Source: Vicinamibacterales bacterium
GTDB lineage: Bacteria > Acidobacteriota > Vicinamibacteria > Vicinamibacterales > UBA2999
DNA length: 64,000 bases
NCBI GenBank assembly: GCA_050250875.1
Contig: JBFWNV010000001.1
Span: 1,619,891 to 1,683,890 of the forward strand
Reading direction: 5' to 3'
Shown piece after piece: positions 1-9,318 of this stretch; position 1 is the first letter of the stretch, and each line of letters begins with the position of its first letter. Position numbers and translations under genes: made by a program. A model generated the notes under the pieces. That model did no database searches. It saw only the letters and a program-made list of their open reading frames with translations, and was not told the DNA's origin.

Positions 1-439
1 CGCTGATCAGCACGGCCCCGACCGCCCATTCGCCGCCGAAACCCAGGCCCTGTAGGCTGCGCGTGACCAACAGCTCGCCGAAGGAGTTGGTCAACCCCGA
101 CAGGAAGGTGAAAGTCGAGAACCAGACGATAGTCAGCTGGAGTACGCGGACGCGGCCGATGCGGTCGCTGAGCATGCCGGCCAGCCAGCCCCCGAGCGCC
201 GACATGATCAGCACCGCGGTGCCGAGGATGCCGGCTTGGCCGGTGGACATGTGCCACAGCGCGATTAGCGTCGGAATCGTCAACGCGTACATCTGCGTGT
301 CGAGCGCGTCGAGCGCCCAGCCGCTGAAGCAGGCGAAGAAGGTGCGCCGTTCGTCGCGCGACAGCTCCGAGTACCAGCTGAAAGCGCCGGCCGATTCCGA
401 GGGACGCGCCGTAGCCGGCGCCGCGACCGTCTGATCCAT
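1..439 (-). CDS. MFS transporter, N-terminal part (gene continues beyond window start)
   Basis: The minus-strand frame is open from ATG (complement of 437-439) to base 1. The translation MDQTVAAPATARPSESAGAFSWYSELSRDERRTFFACFSGWALDALDTQMYALTIPTLI...GGWLAGMLSDRIGRVRVLQLTIVWFS...RSLQGLGFGGEWAVGAVLI shows TM helices and the D-R-x-G-R loop typical of MFS. It is missing from the track only because it leaves the window. Track ORF 63..434(+) is its antisense shadow. Confidence 0.75.
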   Translation of the reverse strand, partial: MDQTVAAPATARPSESAGAFSWYSELSRDERRTFFACFSGWALDALDTQMYALTIPTLIALWHMSTGQAGILGTAVLIMSALGGWLAGMLSDRIGRVRVLQLTIVWFSTFTFLSGLTNSFGELLVTRSLQGLGFGGEWAVGAVLIS

Positions 440-499
440 CACACACCTCAGGCCTCGCCGTCGGCAGGGCGTGGGGGATGATATCGACGGGTCGGGACC

Positions 500-522
500 G
501 GTCAAATACCCTGATGTGGGTA
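500..522 (-). promoter_or_regulatory. Copy A of 7-2-7 inverted-heptamer site with abutting -35 box, oriented toward the MFS gene
   Basis: ggtcaa at 500-505 is TTGACC on the minus strand. The 16-mer TACCCTG-AT-GTGGGTA lies at 507-522. A -10-like TATCAT (complement of 478-483) sits 16 nt from the -35, about 40 nt upstream of the MFS ATG. There is no TTGAC on the plus side of this copy. Confidence 0.5.
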
Positions 523-619
523 CGGTGGCGAGGGCGACAGCCGCGCCGGGGTCCCGAACGGGCCGCTACAATGAGCGCATGATTGCCGGACTGGTCAGCG
601 GCAGCGCGAGCGTCGCCGG

Positions 620-1600
620 ATGATCGACGGGTTCCGCCAAGTCAGGGCGTTCCTGGCGGTAGCACGGCTGCGCAGTTTCGTCCGCGCCGCCGTCGAACTG
701 CACGTGTCGCAGCCGGCGCTGACAGTGCAGGTCCAGCAGCTCGAACGCACCCTCGGCGTGAAGCTGCTCGAACGGAACAACCGCCACGTCGCCCTCACCC
801 AGGCCGGCGAGGACATGCTGATCCCGCTCGAACGTCTGATGATCGACGCCGAGGCGATCCTCGGCCGCGGTCGTGACCTGGCGACGCTGCGCCGCGGCAT
901 CCTCACCGTCGCTGCCGTGCCCACGGTCGCGGCGACGCTGCTGCCGCCGGTGCTGCGAGAGTTCGGCGCGGCGTTTCCCGGTATCTCGGTGCGAGTGCGC
1001 GACGACGTCGCGGCCAACTTCATAGACCTCGTGCGCGCCGCAGACGTCGACCTCGGCATCGGCGGCCACATCGCGTGCGACCCGACGATTACCAGCCTGG
1101 ACCTGTTCGCCGATCCGATCTGCGTGTTCGCGCCGTTGCGGCATCCGCTGGCGACAAGGCGTCGCGTGACACTGCGCGACGTGATCGCCCACGACGTCAT
1201 CATGCCGAGCCGGGCCCTGAGCATCCGTGCCACGGTCGAGAACGGTCTGCAGCAGCAGGGGCTGTCGATTCGTCCGATCTACGAGACGAATCACTTCTCG
1301 ACCGCCGTGGGCATGGTCGACGCCGGGCTCGGCATCTCGATCCTGCCGCACATCGCCTTCGCCTGCTATCCGTCGAACAACGTCCGCTGCATCCCGCTCG
1401 CTCAGCCGCCGATGGATCGCCGAATGGTCATCGCGACCAAGGCGGGACGGCAGCTGCCGCCCGCGGTCGAAGCGTTCACGGCGATCCTGCACCGCCAGAC
1501 CGCCGTCTACACGGCGACGCTGGCGCGGTGGAAGGCCGGCCGGCGCCACGAGGCGGGCGGCCGACGCGCCAACTCAGTCCTGGTCGACGACCGCGGCTGA
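620..1600 (+). CDS. LysR-family transcriptional regulator
   Basis: Track ORF. The N-terminus MIDGFRQVRAFLAVARLRSFVRAAVELHVSQPALTVQVQQLERTLGVKLLERNNRHVALTQAGE is the canonical LysR winged HTH, and the 326 aa length fits an HTH plus substrate-binding domain. It is divergent from the MFS gene. Confidence 0.9.
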   Translation: MIDGFRQVRAFLAVARLRSFVRAAVELHVSQPALTVQVQQLERTLGVKLLERNNRHVALTQAGEDMLIPLERLMIDAEAILGRGRDLATLRRGILTVAAVPTVAATLLPPVLREFGAAFPGISVRVRDDVAANFIDLVRAADVDLGIGGHIACDPTITSLDLFADPICVFAPLRHPLATRRRVTLRDVIAHDVIMPSRALSIRATVENGLQQQGLSIRPIYETNHFSTAVGMVDAGLGISILPHIAFACYPSNNVRCIPLAQPPMDRRMVIATKAGRQLPPAVEAFTAILHRQTAVYTATLARWKAGRRHEAGGRRANSVLVDDRG

Positions 1601-2848
1601 CGGCGGCGCGCAGACGCCGCGGGCGATCAGGTCGGCGATCTCGGCCGCGGCGTAGCCGGCCTCGCGCAGTATCTCCGGCCCGTGCGCGCCCAGCGCCGGG
1701 GGTGGCGAGAGGGCACTCGCCGGCGTCGCCGAGAACTCCAACGGCGGCCGCGGCACGGCCACGGTGCCGGCGTGTCCGGACAGCGCGACGTCCTCGAGCA
1801 GTCCTTGCGCTCGCACCTGGGGGTCTTCGAGCACCTGCAGGGCGTTCTGGATCGGCGCCGCCGGCACCTGGTGCTCGTCGAAGACCGCCTTCCAATGCGC
1901 GGTCGGTCGCTGTCCGAGTACCGCCAGGATCGCCAGTTCGAGCTCGGCCCGGTTCTGAACCCGGAGAACGTTGGTGGCATAGCGGGGCGCGGCGGCCCAC
2001 TCCGGATGCCCCAGCGCCGTGGCGAAGCGCTTGAAGATCCGGTCGTTGGAGACGCCGATCATCAGCGGCCCATCCTCGGCTTCGAACGCCCCGTACGGAT
2101 AGAACGAGGCGCCGCTGGCCCCGAACGACGGGTAGCGGCTGCCCTGAGGCACGGGGTTGGCGCCGGTGAACTGGGCACCGAGCAGATTGTGGAACATCAG
2201 CATCACGCCGGCCTCGAGCAGCGAGGTCCTGACCAGCTGGCCGCGGCCGGAACGGGCACGCTCGGCCAGCGCCGCCAGCACGCCGACGACGATCCACAGC
2301 CCGGCGCTGCCGTCAATGATCGGCACCCCGCTGCGCACCGGCGCCGAGTCGGGCCCGACACCGGTCACGCTCATGATGCCGCTGCGACCCTGCAGCAGCG
2401 CTTCGTAGCCCGGCCGCGCTGCGTCGGGACCGCGGGTTCCGAACGCCGACAGCGACGCATGGATCAGGCCGGGATTGTCGGCACGCAACGTCGCCTCGTC
2501 GAGCCCGAGCGCTGCCAGCTTGTCGCCGCGCATGTTCTCGACGATGACGTCGCAGTTGCGGGCCAGCCGCCGCACCACCTCGCGGCCGTCCGGGGTGGTG
2601 ATATCGACGGCAATCGATCGCTTGCCGCGGTTCAGGGGCACGAACGCCGAGCCCCACTCGCCGAGGTGCGGCCCCATGTGGCGCGAATCGTCACCGCCGT
2701 CGATGCGCTCGATCTTGATGACGTCGGCGCCGAGATATCCGAGCACCAGTGCCGCCATCGGCCCGGCGATGATGGTGCTTAGATCGAGTACCCGCAGGCC
2801 GGCAAGCGGCGCGGCGGCAGACGACGTCGGGTCGCGTTCGGTAGGCAT
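1574..2848 (-). CDS. Family III CoA-transferase (CaiB/BaiF type)
   Basis: Track ORF, 424 aa. LAGLRVLDLSTIIAGPMAALVLGYLGADVIKIERIDGGDDSR is the characteristic N-terminal signature of CaiB/BaiF CoA-transferases. Confidence 0.9.
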   Translation of the reverse strand: MPTERDPTSSAAAPLAGLRVLDLSTIIAGPMAALVLGYLGADVIKIERIDGGDDSRHMGPHLGEWGSAFVPLNRGKRSIAVDITTPDGREVVRRLARNCDVIVENMRGDKLAALGLDEATLRADNPGLIHASLSAFGTRGPDAARPGYEALLQGRSGIMSVTGVGPDSAPVRSGVPIIDGSAGLWIVVGVLAALAERARSGRGQLVRTSLLEAGVMLMFHNLLGAQFTGANPVPQGSRYPSFGASGASFYPYGAFEAEDGPLMIGVSNDRIFKRFATALGHPEWAAAPRYATNVLRVQNRAELELAILAVLGQRPTAHWKAVFDEHQVPAAPIQNALQVLEDPQVRAQGLLEDVALSGHAGTVAVPRPPLEFSATPASALSPPPALGAHGPEILREAGYAAAEIADLIARGVCAPPSAAVVDQD

Positions 2849-2887
2849 TCGCTGGTGATCGGCATTAGATTGCAGCCCATCGCGGCC

Positions 2888-2927
2888 TGTAAAATTGCAT
2901 GTTCAAATCACAGCATTCCGGCATCGC
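2888..2927 (+). repeat. AT-rich conserved motif, copy 1 (left arm of a 40-nt inverted pair)
   Basis: TGTAAAATTGCATGTTCAAATCACAGCATTCCGGCATCGC. By hand alignment, 32 of 40 positions are identical to the reverse complement of 2966-3005. It lies in the divergent intergenic region between the CoA-transferase and the ABC operon. Confidence 0.6.
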
Positions 2928-2965
2928 AATCAATCGCCACCGAGACAAACCGGCACCACGACTTC

Positions 2966-3005
2966 GCGAAGCCGGAATACTGCGATTCCAACTTTCGATT
3001 TTACA
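2966..3005 (-). repeat. AT-rich conserved motif, copy 2 (right arm of inverted pair)
   Basis: The minus strand reads TGTAAAATCGAAAGTTGGAATCGCAGTATTCCGGCTTCGC. A 38-nt spacer (2928-2965) separates it from copy 1. Confidence 0.6.
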
Positions 3006-3165
3006 AACCGGGGACGCGGCTTGTACCCTCCGGATTACCTGCCGTCGCGGCCGCACGGTGGCCAGCGTCTGCGCGCATCGGTCGAGGAATGGACGATCGT
3101 CGGCGACACGTCGCCCGGGCCGGCCGACGCGTTCTAGCCGCGGCCGCATCGACGGGACGACCGAT

Positions 3166-3975
3166 ATGAGTGCCCACGCAATCATGGCGTTCAGTGGCGT
3201 CGGGAAGTCGTTCGCGACGAAGACCGGCGAGATAGTCGCGACCCGAGACATCACGGTGGCGATTGACGAGGGCGAGATCATCGCCATCGTCGGCCCCTCG
3301 GGCTGTGGCAAAACGACGTTGCTCAACCTGGTCGCCGGGCTTATGCTGCCGAGCACCGGGACGGTCTTCTATCGCGGCGAGCGCGTCGACGCGATCAACG
3401 GCCGGACCGGCTACATGACGCAGAGCGATCACCTGCTGCCGTGGCGCGATGTCGCTAGCAACATCGGCGTGCCCATGGAGATTCGCGGCGTGCCGGCGGC
3501 GGAACGCAGCCGGCGGGTCGCCGAGCTGGTCGAGCTCGTCGGCCTGTCTGGCTTCGAACGCAGCTATCCGGCGGCGCTCTCCGGCGGGATGCGCAAGCGC
3601 ACCGCGCTCGCCCGCCTGCTCGCCTACGATCCCGAGACGCTGCTCCTCGACGAGCCCTTCGCCGCCCTCGACGCCCAGCTGCGCTTGCGCATGCAGACCG
3701 AGCTCGTCGGGCTCAGCCGTCGGCTCAACAAGACGGTGCTGTTCGTCACCCACGACCTCGACGAGGCGGTGGCCGTCGGCGATCGGTGCCTGGTGTTTTC
3801 GGCGCGTCCGGGAACGATCCTGCACGACGTGCCGATCCCGCTGCCGCGCGACCGCGACATGCTCGCCCTGCGGTCCGACGCCGACTATCGGCTGCTCTGC
3901 GGGCGGCTGTGGGAGCACCTGGCCCCGGCGCTCGGCGCGGCCGATGGCGCCGGTCGCCGGCCGAAACGGCCATGA
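3166..3975 (+). CDS. ABC transporter ATP-binding protein (NitT/TauT nitrate/sulfonate/taurine type)
   Basis: Track ORF 2899..3975 trimmed to Met90 (ATG 3166), because the upstream part is Arg-rich and crosses the intergenic repeats. Motifs present: Walker A GPSGCGKTT, signature LSGGMRKR and Walker B LLLDEPF. Confidence 0.9.
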   Translation: MSAHAIMAFSGVGKSFATKTGEIVATRDITVAIDEGEIIAIVGPSGCGKTTLLNLVAGLMLPSTGTVFYRGERVDAINGRTGYMTQSDHLLPWRDVASNIGVPMEIRGVPAAERSRRVAELVELVGLSGFERSYPAALSGGMRKRTALARLLAYDPETLLLDEPFAALDAQLRLRMQTELVGLSRRLNKTVLFVTHDLDEAVAVGDRCLVFSARPGTILHDVPIPLPRDRDMLALRSDADYRLLCGRLWEHLAPALGAADGAGRRPKRP

Positions 3976-4739
3976 AGCTGCTGGCGGGACGGCTGCTGCT
4001 CGTCGGCGCACTGCTGCTGGCGTGGGATCTGAGTGCTTCGACCTTCGCCGACGAGTTCTTCATCAGCCGGCCGCTCATCGTCGCCGTCAAGTTCTGGGAG
4101 TTGGTCGCCAGCGGCCGCCTCTTCTATCATGGTTGGATCACCGTGGTGGAAACCCTTGGGGGGTTCGTCTCGGGGTCGGTCGCCGGCATCGTGGTCGGGC
4201 TGCTGCTCGGACGTAACGAGGGACTGGCCCGGCTGCTCGATCCGATCCTGATGGCGGTCAACAGCCTGCCGAAGGTGGCACTGGCACCGCTATTCATCAT
4301 GTGGTTCGGCATCGACATCGGGATGAAGGTCATCCTGACGGCGACCATCGTCTTCTTCCTGGTCTTCACCAACACCTACAACGGCGTCCGCAGCGTCGAT
4401 GTGCAGCTGCTGGAGATCCTGCGGTTGATGGGCGCGCGGGAGCGGCACCTGGTCACCAAGGTAATCGTGCCGTCGGCCCTGCAATGGGTGTTCGCCGGAC
4501 TACAGCTGTCGATTCCCTACGCGCTCATCGGGGCGGTGGTCGGCGAGATCATGGCCGCAAACCGCGGCCTCGGCTTCCTGCTGCAGGATGCCGCCGGGCA
4601 GCTCGACACCGGCGGTGTGTTCGCGGCGTTGCTGGCGATTGTCGTCTTAGCCTTGCTCCTGCAAGCGGGCGTGCGGCTGTGCGAGAGACGTCTCACACCG
4701 TGGCGCAGCGTTCCCGGCGGCCGGGAGGTCGCGGTCTAG
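3972..4739 (+). CDS. ABC transporter permease
   Basis: Track ORF 3786..4739 trimmed to MKLLAGRLLLVGALLLAWDL (ATG 3972, ATGA overlap with the upstream stop). It has multiple TM segments and an EAA-like loop (LMGARERHLVTKVIVPSALQ). Confidence 0.85.
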   Translation: MKLLAGRLLLVGALLLAWDLSASTFADEFFISRPLIVAVKFWELVASGRLFYHGWITVVETLGGFVSGSVAGIVVGLLLGRNEGLARLLDPILMAVNSLPKVALAPLFIMWFGIDIGMKVILTATIVFFLVFTNTYNGVRSVDVQLLEILRLMGARERHLVTKVIVPSALQWVFAGLQLSIPYALIGAVVGEIMAANRGLGFLLQDAAGQLDTGGVFAALLAIVVLALLLQAGVRLCERRLTPWRSVPGGREVAV

Positions 4740-5786
4740 GTGCCCGCGAACCGGCCGTCGAGGCCTACGAGCATCAGCTTCGTGGCGGTCGCCTTGGCCG
4801 CCGTTTCGATGCTGGCCTGCGGCGGCCGTACCGCCGCGCACACCGTGAGCGTCGGGTTGCCCACCGAGGGCTTCTTCTATGTGCCGTTGTATCTGGCCAT
4901 CGACGCCGGCTTCCTGGCGGCCGAGGGAATTGAGGCCGAGCTGGTCCAGTTCCGGGGGGGAGGCGCGTCGATCGCCGGTCTTGCCAGCGGCAGCGTGGAG
5001 TATTGCATCTGCGCGATCCACAACGCGATCAACGCGACGGTGAAAGGCAGCGATGTCACGCTGATCGGGACCATCACCGGTCAATACGCCAGCAACGTCG
5101 TGATCCGCGAGGACGTCGCCCAGCGCCTGGGCATCACCGCCGCCACGCCGGTGGCCGAGCGGCTGGCCGCGTTCCGGGGCCTCAAGATCGGCGCGACGGG
5201 CGTCGGCGGCGGCACCGACTTCCTGATTCGATATCTCGCTCGGAAAGCTAACCTCTCGCCCGAACGCGACTTTACCGTGCTGTTCCTCGGCGGCGCGGGC
5301 GCGGTCCTGTCGGCGTTCTCGCAGCGCCGGATCGACGCCTTCGTGTACTCGTCGCCGACGTCGGACATCGGACTGCTTCGCTACCGCGGCGTGCTGCTGC
5401 TCGACATGTCCCGCGGCGAGTTCGAAGATCTGCGCGACTATCCGTCGATGGCGCTCAGCGCGCGCAAGTCATGGCTCGACGCCAACCGCGACGTCTCGGT
5501 GCGACTGCTCCGGGCGCTGAGCAAGGCGACCCGGATGATCCACGACCAACCGGCCGAGGCGCAGCAGATCCTGCGCCGACGCTTCGGCGGGTTGCCGCCC
5601 GATGTCTACGAGGCCGCCTGGAACGCCAACGTCGTCGCTTACCCGATCACGCCGCGAGTCGAGGAGGCGAACGTGCAACGCGCGCTGGCCTTCCTCGCCG
5701 CGGTCCAGAACCAGGAGATTCCCGGTGTTGCCAAGGACTACTTCGACAACACCTATGCCGACGCCGCCCTGGCGGACGTGAAATAG
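4740..5786 (+). CDS. ABC transporter substrate-binding protein (NMT1/THI5-like)
   Basis: Track ORF with a GTG start directly after the permease stop. It has a lipoprotein-like signal (VAVALAAVSMLACGG). Size and position fit the binding component of a NitT/TauT-type system. Confidence 0.8.
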   Translation: MPANRPSRPTSISFVAVALAAVSMLACGGRTAAHTVSVGLPTEGFFYVPLYLAIDAGFLAAEGIEAELVQFRGGGASIAGLASGSVEYCICAIHNAINATVKGSDVTLIGTITGQYASNVVIREDVAQRLGITAATPVAERLAAFRGLKIGATGVGGGTDFLIRYLARKANLSPERDFTVLFLGGAGAVLSAFSQRRIDAFVYSSPTSDIGLLRYRGVLLLDMSRGEFEDLRDYPSMALSARKSWLDANRDVSVRLLRALSKATRMIHDQPAEAQQILRRRFGGLPPDVYEAAWNANVVAYPITPRVEEANVQRALAFLAAVQNQEIPGVAKDYFDNTYADAALADVK

Positions 5787-5798
5787 CAGCCAGCAGCG

Positions 5799-6749
5799 TC
5801 AGGGGTTCAGCACTCGGATCGGCGCGCCGTCGCGCCAGGCGCGGATGTTCTCGACCGTCTCGCGATAGAACATGCGCAGCGTGTCCTCGGTGACGAACCC
5901 GATGTGGGGCGTCGCCAGCACGTTGTCGAGCAACCGGAACGGGTGGCCACTGGGGAGCGGTTCGACGGCAAAGACATCGAGCGCCGCCCCGCCGATGCGG
6001 CGGAGCCGCAGGGCATCGATGAGCGCCGCCTCGTCGACCAGCGGACCGCGCGAGGTGTTGATCAGCAGCGCCGACGGCCGCATCAGTGCGAGTTCGTCGG
6101 CGCCGACGATGCCACGGCTCCGATCGCTCAACACCAGGTGAATGGTCAGGATGTCCGCGGTCTCGAACAGTTCGGTCTTGGCAACCAGCGCGACGCCATG
6201 CTGCGCGGCGCGCTCCGCCGTCAGGTTCGGGCTCCAGGCGACGACCCGCATCCCGAACGCTTGACCGACGCGCGCGACCATGGCGCCGACCTTTCCAAGG
6301 CCCAGAACGCCAAGCGTCCGGCCCTGCAAGTCGCCGCCGACTGCGGTCTGCCACCCGCCCTGTGCGACCGACCACGCCTGACCGGGCACGTGGCGAAGCA
6401 GCGCCAAGATCAGCGCCCAGGTCAGCACCGGCGCACCGAGCGACGGCGAACCCGTACCGCACACCATGATGCCGAGTTGACGCGCCGCCGTCATGTCGAT
6501 CGACGCGTTGCGCATAGTCGTCGAGGCGATCAGCCTCAGGCGCGGCAACTGCTCAAGGATAACCCCCGGCAGCGGCGTCCGCTCACGCAGGACGCAGACT
6601 ACATCGAAGGGGGCGAGCCGGGCGACGACGGCAGCGGGCTCAGCGAGATGATCGCGGAAGACGGTAACGGCTGCACCGTCTCCCAGCACATCCCAGTCGG
6701 CAAAATTCAGGGCGACGCCTTGATAGTCGTCGAGAATCGCGATGTTCAC
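5799..6749 (-). CDS. D-isomer-specific 2-hydroxyacid dehydrogenase
   Basis: Track ORF, 316 aa. It has the NAD motif LGVLGLGKVGAMVARVGQAFGMRVVAW, the catalytic-region motifs LINTSRGPLVDE and ALDVFAVEPLP, and LATPHIGF with the conserved His. Confidence 0.9.
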   Translation of the reverse strand: MNIAILDDYQGVALNFADWDVLGDGAAVTVFRDHLAEPAAVVARLAPFDVVCVLRERTPLPGVILEQLPRLRLIASTTMRNASIDMTAARQLGIMVCGTGSPSLGAPVLTWALILALLRHVPGQAWSVAQGGWQTAVGGDLQGRTLGVLGLGKVGAMVARVGQAFGMRVVAWSPNLTAERAAQHGVALVAKTELFETADILTIHLVLSDRSRGIVGADELALMRPSALLINTSRGPLVDEAALIDALRLRRIGGAALDVFAVEPLPSGHPFRLLDNVLATPHIGFVTEDTLRMFYRETVENIRAWRDGAPIRVLNP

Positions 6750-6813
6750 GGCACGAGACTACTTGAGCGGCGTGGATCGCGCCAAGCCTCCCGAGTCCTT
6801 CCCCTGTCGTCGG

Positions 6814-8373
6814 CTACTGGCCGGCGCGCGCGGTCGAGGGCAGCGGTGCGGCGACGATGTCCTTGAGATCCAGCTTGTTGGTCTCGTCGATGATCTTGGC
6901 GTAGGCCCGGGTGAGCTGCTCGAGCGACGCTGCCGGGATCACCTCTGGGGTGTCGCGGTCGGAGTGATAGAAATCGCTCGACACGATCGACATGATCGAC
7001 GGTGCGTCTCGCCACACCTGCCCCATGTCGCCGCTTGCTGCTGGCTCCATGCGGTGCATGATCGACACTCCGAAGGTCTTGTAGGCGTTCAGGGAGAGCG
7101 CCGCCAGCTTGGGGCTGCCGTGCACGAACCAGCGGCGTGGCTGGGTGGCGGTGGTCGGCCGCATCTCGCCCTCCCAGATCGACAGCGCCAGCGGTGAGGC
7201 ATGCTCGGCGTTGATCATCAGCGCCGTCTTCGCCAGGACCGTGTCGCGGTTGTCGTGCATCCACTTGACCCCGAGCGATCCGGCGTGATGGCCTGACGTG
7301 GTGACGAACTTGAGGGTGCGCCGCCGCTGCGTCTGCGGAACCTTGGCATAGTGCTCGGCCAGCGCCACCATCACGGCCATGCCCGAGGCGTTGTCCGACG
7401 CGGCCTGGAAATAGCCGTCATGGTGCGAGAACACGATGATGTCCTCGTCGGTCGTCCCCGGCAGCTGGCCCCAGACGTTCGAGTCTTTCAGGCCGGGCCG
7501 CATCTCGGTCGCCAGCGCCATCCTGGCGCGGACGACCCCGCCCGTCTCCAGCATCTCGCGAATTGCCTTGCCGTCCTCGTTGCCGATGGTCAGGTGCGGA
7601 ATCCTCACGCCGCTGGCGCCGGCCTGGTAGATCCAGTTGCCGAAGTACGACAGGTTGACGAGGATCGCGGCGGCGCCCTTGGCTTCGGCCCGCGTGATCG
7701 CGCCGTTCCAGATTGCCGAGTGATCGCTGACGCGCGGTGTCATGATGCTTTCGATCAGCACCGCCTTGCCCTTGACGTCGCGGCCCATGAAGTCGGCTTC
7801 GGCGCCGAGGCCGACCCACACCACCTCCAGATCGAGGCCGCCCGCCGGCGTGCCCGCCGACCCGACCGTCGGCATGACGCTCGCCGGCGTGATCGTCTTG
7901 CCACCGCCGGTCACCGACAGGCTCCACGACGTCGTGAACCACTGCGGCGGCAGGTCGAACGGCTGGTAGCGGATGTCCTGCAGGCCGAGCTGCCGGAACC
8001 TGTCCTCGACCCATTTCTCGCTCATGTGGTCGTACTCGGTGCCGGCGATACGCCCCCACCACTTGTTGCCGTCGGCCTTGCTCTTGAGAGAGATGGCGAC
8101 GACTTCCTTCAGATAGCCCTTGATGCGCTCGCCGTCGATGTCGGCGTAGGCCTTCTCGGCGGCCGGCAGCGGGAAGCGGACGAAGGTGGTGTCGTCCAGC
8201 GGGAACCCATGCGCACGAGGCTCGGAGCTGCCGCGCGGCCAGGTATAGGGCTGGCGCTTGCTCGGCTGGTTTCGTCCCACCTGGCCGGTGGCGATCCCGG
8301 TGGTCCAGATCGCCGCGCCACTGACGGCGACGGAGAGCACAACGAACAACACGCGGCGATGTCTCGATGTCAT
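6814..8373 (-). CDS. Secreted M28-family metallopeptidase with PA domain
   Basis: Track ORF trimmed to MTSRHRRVLFVVLSVAVSGAAIW (signal). It has a PA-domain-like insert (VKGKAVLIESI...AEAKGAAAILV) and M28 zinc-ligand regions (IIVFSHHDGYF, SDNASGMAVMVALAEHY). Confidence 0.8.
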   Translation of the reverse strand: MTSRHRRVLFVVLSVAVSGAAIWTTGIATGQVGRNQPSKRQPYTWPRGSSEPRAHGFPLDDTTFVRFPLPAAEKAYADIDGERIKGYLKEVVAISLKSKADGNKWWGRIAGTEYDHMSEKWVEDRFRQLGLQDIRYQPFDLPPQWFTTSWSLSVTGGGKTITPASVMPTVGSAGTPAGGLDLEVVWVGLGAEADFMGRDVKGKAVLIESIMTPRVSDHSAIWNGAITRAEAKGAAAILVNLSYFGNWIYQAGASGVRIPHLTIGNEDGKAIREMLETGGVVRARMALATEMRPGLKDSNVWGQLPGTTDEDIIVFSHHDGYFQAASDNASGMAVMVALAEHYAKVPQTQRRRTLKFVTTSGHHAGSLGVKWMHDNRDTVLAKTALMINAEHASPLALSIWEGEMRPTTATQPRRWFVHGSPKLAALSLNAYKTFGVSIMHRMEPAASGDMGQVWRDAPSIMSIVSSDFYHSDRDTPEVIPAASLEQLTRAYAKIIDETNKLDLKDIVAAPLPSTARAGQ

Positions 8374-8430
8374 GCCTGCCTCCTGACTGTCGCTTCGTAC
8401 CATCGCGAGCCTAGGGGCCGATCGTCGCGA

Positions 8431-8456
8431 TGTAAAATCGATTGTTCAGAACACAG
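8431..8456 (+). repeat. AT-rich conserved motif, copy 3
   Basis: TGTAAAATCGATTGTTCAGAACACAG matches the first 26 nt of copy 1 at 21 of 26 positions (hand alignment). It contains the perfect palindrome TGTTCAGAACA. ATTCCG recurs at 8480, as it does in copies 1 and 2. Confidence 0.5.
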
Positions 8457-8528
8457 TCTTTTCACAATGCGAATGAGCGATTCCGTGCCGTAGGGGTAGC
8501 ATCGCCACCGCCACGTCCGGAGACTGCG

Positions 8529-9311
8529 ATGACCGTCGAACGGTTCGGTGACGTTTCGTTCCAGCGACAGGGGCGGGTCGGGCTCGTCGAGCTGCATCGC
8601 CCGCCTCACAACTATTTCGACGCCGCGCTCTTGCGCCACCTCGGCGAGGCGTTCTCGGCCGCCGCCGACGATGGCGAGTGCCGGGCGATCGTGCTGTGCG
8701 CCGAAGGCCGGTCGTTCTGCGCCGGCACCGATTTCACGAGCCGCGGCGACGGCGCCGCCGACGACCATACCCGCGCCGCCCGCCTCTACGACGAAGCGGC
8801 GAAGCTGTTCGCGGTGAGGACGCCGGTCGTGGCGGCGATCCACGGGCCTGCCGTCGGTGGCGGCCTCGGCCTGGCGCTCGTCGCCGACTTCCGCGTCGCC
8901 TCGCCCGAGGCCCGCTTCAGCGCCAACTTCGTCCGCATCGGCATCCATCCGGGATTCGCGCTCACCGCCACGCTGCCGCGGGTCATCGGCACGCAGCGCG
9001 CCAGCCTGCTCTTCTACACCGGCCGCCGAATCGACGGCGCGCAGGCCATCGCCTGGGGGCTGGTCGACGCGCTGGCTCCGGCCGAGACCCTGCGCGAGAC
9101 GGCGGTCGCGCTGGCGGCCGAGATCGGCGAAGCCGCGCCTCTGGCCGTGCAGTCCACGCGCGCGACGATGCGCCGCGATCTGCAGGCCGCGGTGGCGGCG
9201 CAGCTCGCCCTCGAGCTCGCCGAGCAGACGCGGCTGCGTCGCACCGACGATCACCGCGAGGGCGTGCGAGCGGTGAGCGAGCGGCGGCCGGCCCGCTTCA
9301 CCGGTCGCTGA
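8529..9311 (+). CDS. Enoyl-CoA hydratase/isomerase (crotonase) family protein
   Basis: Track ORF 8442..9311 trimmed to MTVERFGDVSFQRQGRVGLVELHRP (ATG 8529). Crotonase motifs are present: VLCAEGRSFCAGTDF and AAIHGPAVGGGLGLALVADFRVA. Confidence 0.9.
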   Translation: MTVERFGDVSFQRQGRVGLVELHRPPHNYFDAALLRHLGEAFSAAADDGECRAIVLCAEGRSFCAGTDFTSRGDGAADDHTRAARLYDEAAKLFAVRTPVVAAIHGPAVGGGLGLALVADFRVASPEARFSANFVRIGIHPGFALTATLPRVIGTQRASLLFYTGRRIDGAQAIAWGLVDALAPAETLRETAVALAAEIGEAAPLAVQSTRATMRRDLQAAVAAQLALELAEQTRLRRTDDHREGVRAVSERRPARFTGR

Positions 9312-9318
9312 CGCCGGC

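Noticed and set aside
63-434. 123-aa plus-strand ORF at the window start
   Set aside because: The opposite strand encodes a convincing MFS N-terminus with the D-R-x-G-R loop. The plus frame shows no family features.
1574-1600. 27-nt convergent overlap of the LysR and CoA-transferase genes as a regulatory feature
   Set aside because: Short 3' overlaps are common in compact GC-rich genomes, and no structure or motif is visible there.
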